Of a stretch of 64,000 nt of DNA, positions 61,213-64,000 are shown piece by piece. The first letter of the stretch is position 1. Every line of letters begins with the position of its first letter. The position numbers and the translations under genes are program-made. The notes below the pieces were generated by a model. It had not been told where the DNA came from, ran no database searches, and was given only the letters and a program-made list of their open reading frames with translations. Source of the DNA: Trypanosoma brucei (Eukaryota); NCBI GenBank assembly GCA_000002445.1, contig AE017150.2:672001-736000 (forward strand). The letters run 5' to 3'.

Positions 61213-62511
61213 GCCTCAAAGGATGACACCTACCACAACCTCTGATGATTCACGAAAACAAGTTAAAAGTTGTGCTAGAAATTTCTAGCACCTCAAAAAG
61301 TGTTTGAGAGAAACTTTTCTGCCTCTATAAAGTAGAAAAGGTTAATATGATAATGAAGAGCTATGATGGAAGTGATAACAAAAATAATAATGATAGTTAT
61401 CCCGCTACGGTCGTTTGATTTCACTTGTCGGTTGTTGGTGATGAGCCTCTATGTGCTTTGGAACCCTATAGAGGGAAAATAAGAGAGCTAAGCGTAATGG
61501 AGAAATGAATGGAGAGCACACGAGAAGAAATAATAGCGCACGCGATTCATACGTATGGAACAGAATCAAATGTTTTCCCTTCATACAATGTCGAAAAGGA
61601 GGAAGCGGGTTTCCCTAACGGAAGAGAAAGCCGTACGGAAGATGAAGAGAATTAGGCATAACTGTCACATCCAATGTGGTATTCGTATCCACACATCCAC
61701 ACACACAGAGAAAGAGTAGAACACGGTTGGAAAGAGAGAGAGAGAAAAGGGAAAACACACACAAAAAAATTAAATCATCAGATCCTCGCCCGTCTGTCTT
61801 ACCTCTTCTCTGTGCCGTCAACTATCACAATGCAAAGTTTTTTTTTAATTATTATTATTACTTTTTTTGACTTCAATAACAAACAGATGCTTCTGGAGCT
61901 TCCCTTTTCGTCTTTCCCCCCTCTCTCACTTCACTTCAGTTCATCTCCTTTCCTGAGTTTATTAAATTTTATATTGTCACTGTTGTGAAATTTGTACCTC
62001 CTTTTCTTTCCTCCAAAATTTATATGGTTATATATTATTTATTTTCGTAACGTACCACAACATCTACACATGAAGGAATCTTAACAAATATGGAAGAAAT
62101 ATAAAATAAAAGGAACACAAATCAAGAATTGTACGAGGCACACTAAGAAGAAATAAAACAAAGTGAAAATATGACAAAACAAAACAAAACAAAAATTTTG
62201 AAATAAGGAGAGGAATAAATAATGAAAGAAATATATAAGAAGGAATAGGGAAATGGTTGGGGTTTGATATATTCATACATATGTACGTGTGAACGAGTTG
62301 TTTTGGTGGCAGTGCTTCAATGCACGCGAATACAAACCTGAAAAGGAAGAAAATAACGACAAAAACAACGGCATGAAATCAAGAAGAAAACAAAAAGATA
62401 TAATAATACAGGGCCAAATCAAAAAGAAAAAAGAGGAGGATGGAGAAATGAGCACGAAAACACATGACAGCACTAAAAAAAAAAAGAAAAAGAAGAGAAA
62501 TTACACTTCTT

Positions 62512-62552
<41 letters not shown>

Positions 62553-64000
62553 CCCCTTCCTCCCTAAGCACACCTTACTCAACTCGTACCTGTTGTAAGA
62601 AAAAAGTTTTTTTTTAAAAAAATCTTTCTCTACAAACAAAACACCCAAAAAATGAAAGCGAAGAGTGATGCCGTTGTAAAAAAATAAAAAGGAAAAATAG
62701 AAATAGAAATAGAAGCGCAGAAACCGTTAAAGGGGAAAAGGAAAAAGGAAAAAGGAAAAGCAAGCGAAGAAAAAGAAGCTGCTTCTATCCATCTATCCGT
62801 CCATTCATTCATCATAACAGAAATTTTGTGTTTGAATTTGTCTGTAAAGGTGACTGTGAGGAAAAGGGAGAAAAGTAACAAATTCACCCATACGAAGTAA
62901 TTGAACCACCTTCCTCCCTACACACATACACCAAACAATAAAAAAGGGGGGAGAATACGCGCGTTCAATACAAAATAAACAAATAAATAAATATATATGT
63001 ATATTTACGTTCCTGTGTTTATCTATTTTTACTTATCCATCTTTTCCCTCTTTTTTTTAATTTATACTCAACAAAAACCAACAAATATGAATAAATAAGG
63101 GAATGTCTGCATACACTAGCGTAAAAATAAAGAATAAATCAAAAAATGAGCGAGATGTCTGTGGGAAGGAAGGGGATTTTTTAAAAAAATCTCTCTCTAT
63201 CTCTTTTTTAAAAAAAATAATTGAATGGACACTGCTGCAAAGTGGCGGCGCAAGAAAAAACATCGAGCCGTTCACTTTCTTGAGAAAAACGAAAATAGAA
63301 AATACGCGCAACCTCACAAGAAACACAAAAAAAACCTGCCGGCGCTAACACGTCACCACATATTTGATGTAGCGAAACGGAAATATACGGCAACAACCAG
63401 ACCAAAATAATAAAAGTAAAAAAGAAAATAAACGGAATGAGACGGTAGAAATGGGTTTCGCACAAACAAAGAAACAAAAAAAACTCCAAAAATCGGGAAA
63501 ATTGAACCGACAAAAAAAATAAGTGAAGGAATGAGTTGAGTCGAGAGAAAAAGGAAACGCGTTCGGATGGGAATGCAATAAAACTGATGGTGGAAAATGA
63601 CGGCTCCGTTCATTATAAAAAATAACCTTTGGCTCAGTATTACTGAAGCAAAGTAGTGATAAAACTCGGAACCGTACGCCAGCAGCTTACTACTTTCATG
63701 CGCTACGGAAAACCTTCAGGAATTTTCTTTAAAATAGGGGGAAGGGAAAGAAAAAAGTAATAATAATTAACGCCCATACTGACAAGGTACGAAAAACATG
63801 TAAAAATAAATGCCTACACAAGTAGAGTTAAATATATTATAATTGCTCAAGTATGTTGAGAAAAATGTTTTGGTATTTTGATTTTGACTTTGAGAAAACA
63901 AAACAAAAGAGTTTCACTCACTCATCGCTGCGTCGCCAACCACGGTCTTTTCCTCTTCCCATTCCTCCACTCTTTCCTATTGTGAACTTCAAACATCATC

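Noticed and set aside
1-64000. Prokaryote-style reading (operon, defence island, CRISPR, mobile element).
   Set aside because: Proteins are unmistakably eukaryotic (MCM3, eIF5B, NAE1, SR-beta, dynein IC-like, golgin-like). There are no Shine-Dalgarno-spaced overlapping genes, no direct-repeat/spacer CRISPR structure (the only array is an in-frame coding repeat), and no transposase, integrase or terminal inverted repeats.

Overview
This 64-kb window looks like a nuclear chromosome segment from a kinetoplastid (Trypanosoma brucei-like). Every convincing protein-coding gene is intron-less and on the minus strand, consistent with a single polycistronic transcription unit read from high to low coordinates. 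The genes are separated by AT-rich, low-complexity spacers full of (TA)n, (CA)n, (AAT)n, homopolymers and polypyrimidine/polypurine runs. There are no rRNA or tRNA genes, no CRISPR and no prokaryotic operon structure.

Nineteen CDS were called, and one ~1.9-kb tandem repeat array lies inside one of them. Calls that rest on diagnostic motifs read directly from the ORF translations are: eIF5B GTPase; a three-qRRM hnRNP F/H-type RNA-binding protein; a mitochondrial beta-ketoacyl-ACP synthase; a LYR-motif protein; MCM3; a J-domain protein; a long coiled-coil protein with a GRIP-like C-terminal domain; a CCHC zinc-knuckle protein; the NEDD8-activating-enzyme regulatory subunit (NAE1/APPBP1); a WD40 dynein-intermediate-chain-like protein; SRP receptor beta; mitochondrial processing peptidase alpha; a bifunctional enoyl-CoA hydratase/3-hydroxyacyl-CoA dehydrogenase; and several conserved hypotheticals.

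The most unusual locus is the 1248-aa ORF at 38848..42594 (minus). It contains about 36 near-identical 54-bp tandem repeats, encoding an acidic 18-aa unit close to ATETVEATEVAEAAEALN, followed by a unique C-terminal region with a textbook LIM zinc-binding domain. Repeat plus LIM is an architecture I do not recognise from described kinetoplastid proteins.

Other points worth a second look: a 7.6-kb ORF-free tract downstream of the hnRNP F/H gene; a PTS2-like nonapeptide on the beta-oxidation enzyme; a GRIP-like domain lacking the canonical Tyr; and a mitochondrial FAS condensing enzyme sitting next to a LYR-motif gene.

All functional calls are from by-eye motif recognition; no database search was possible.
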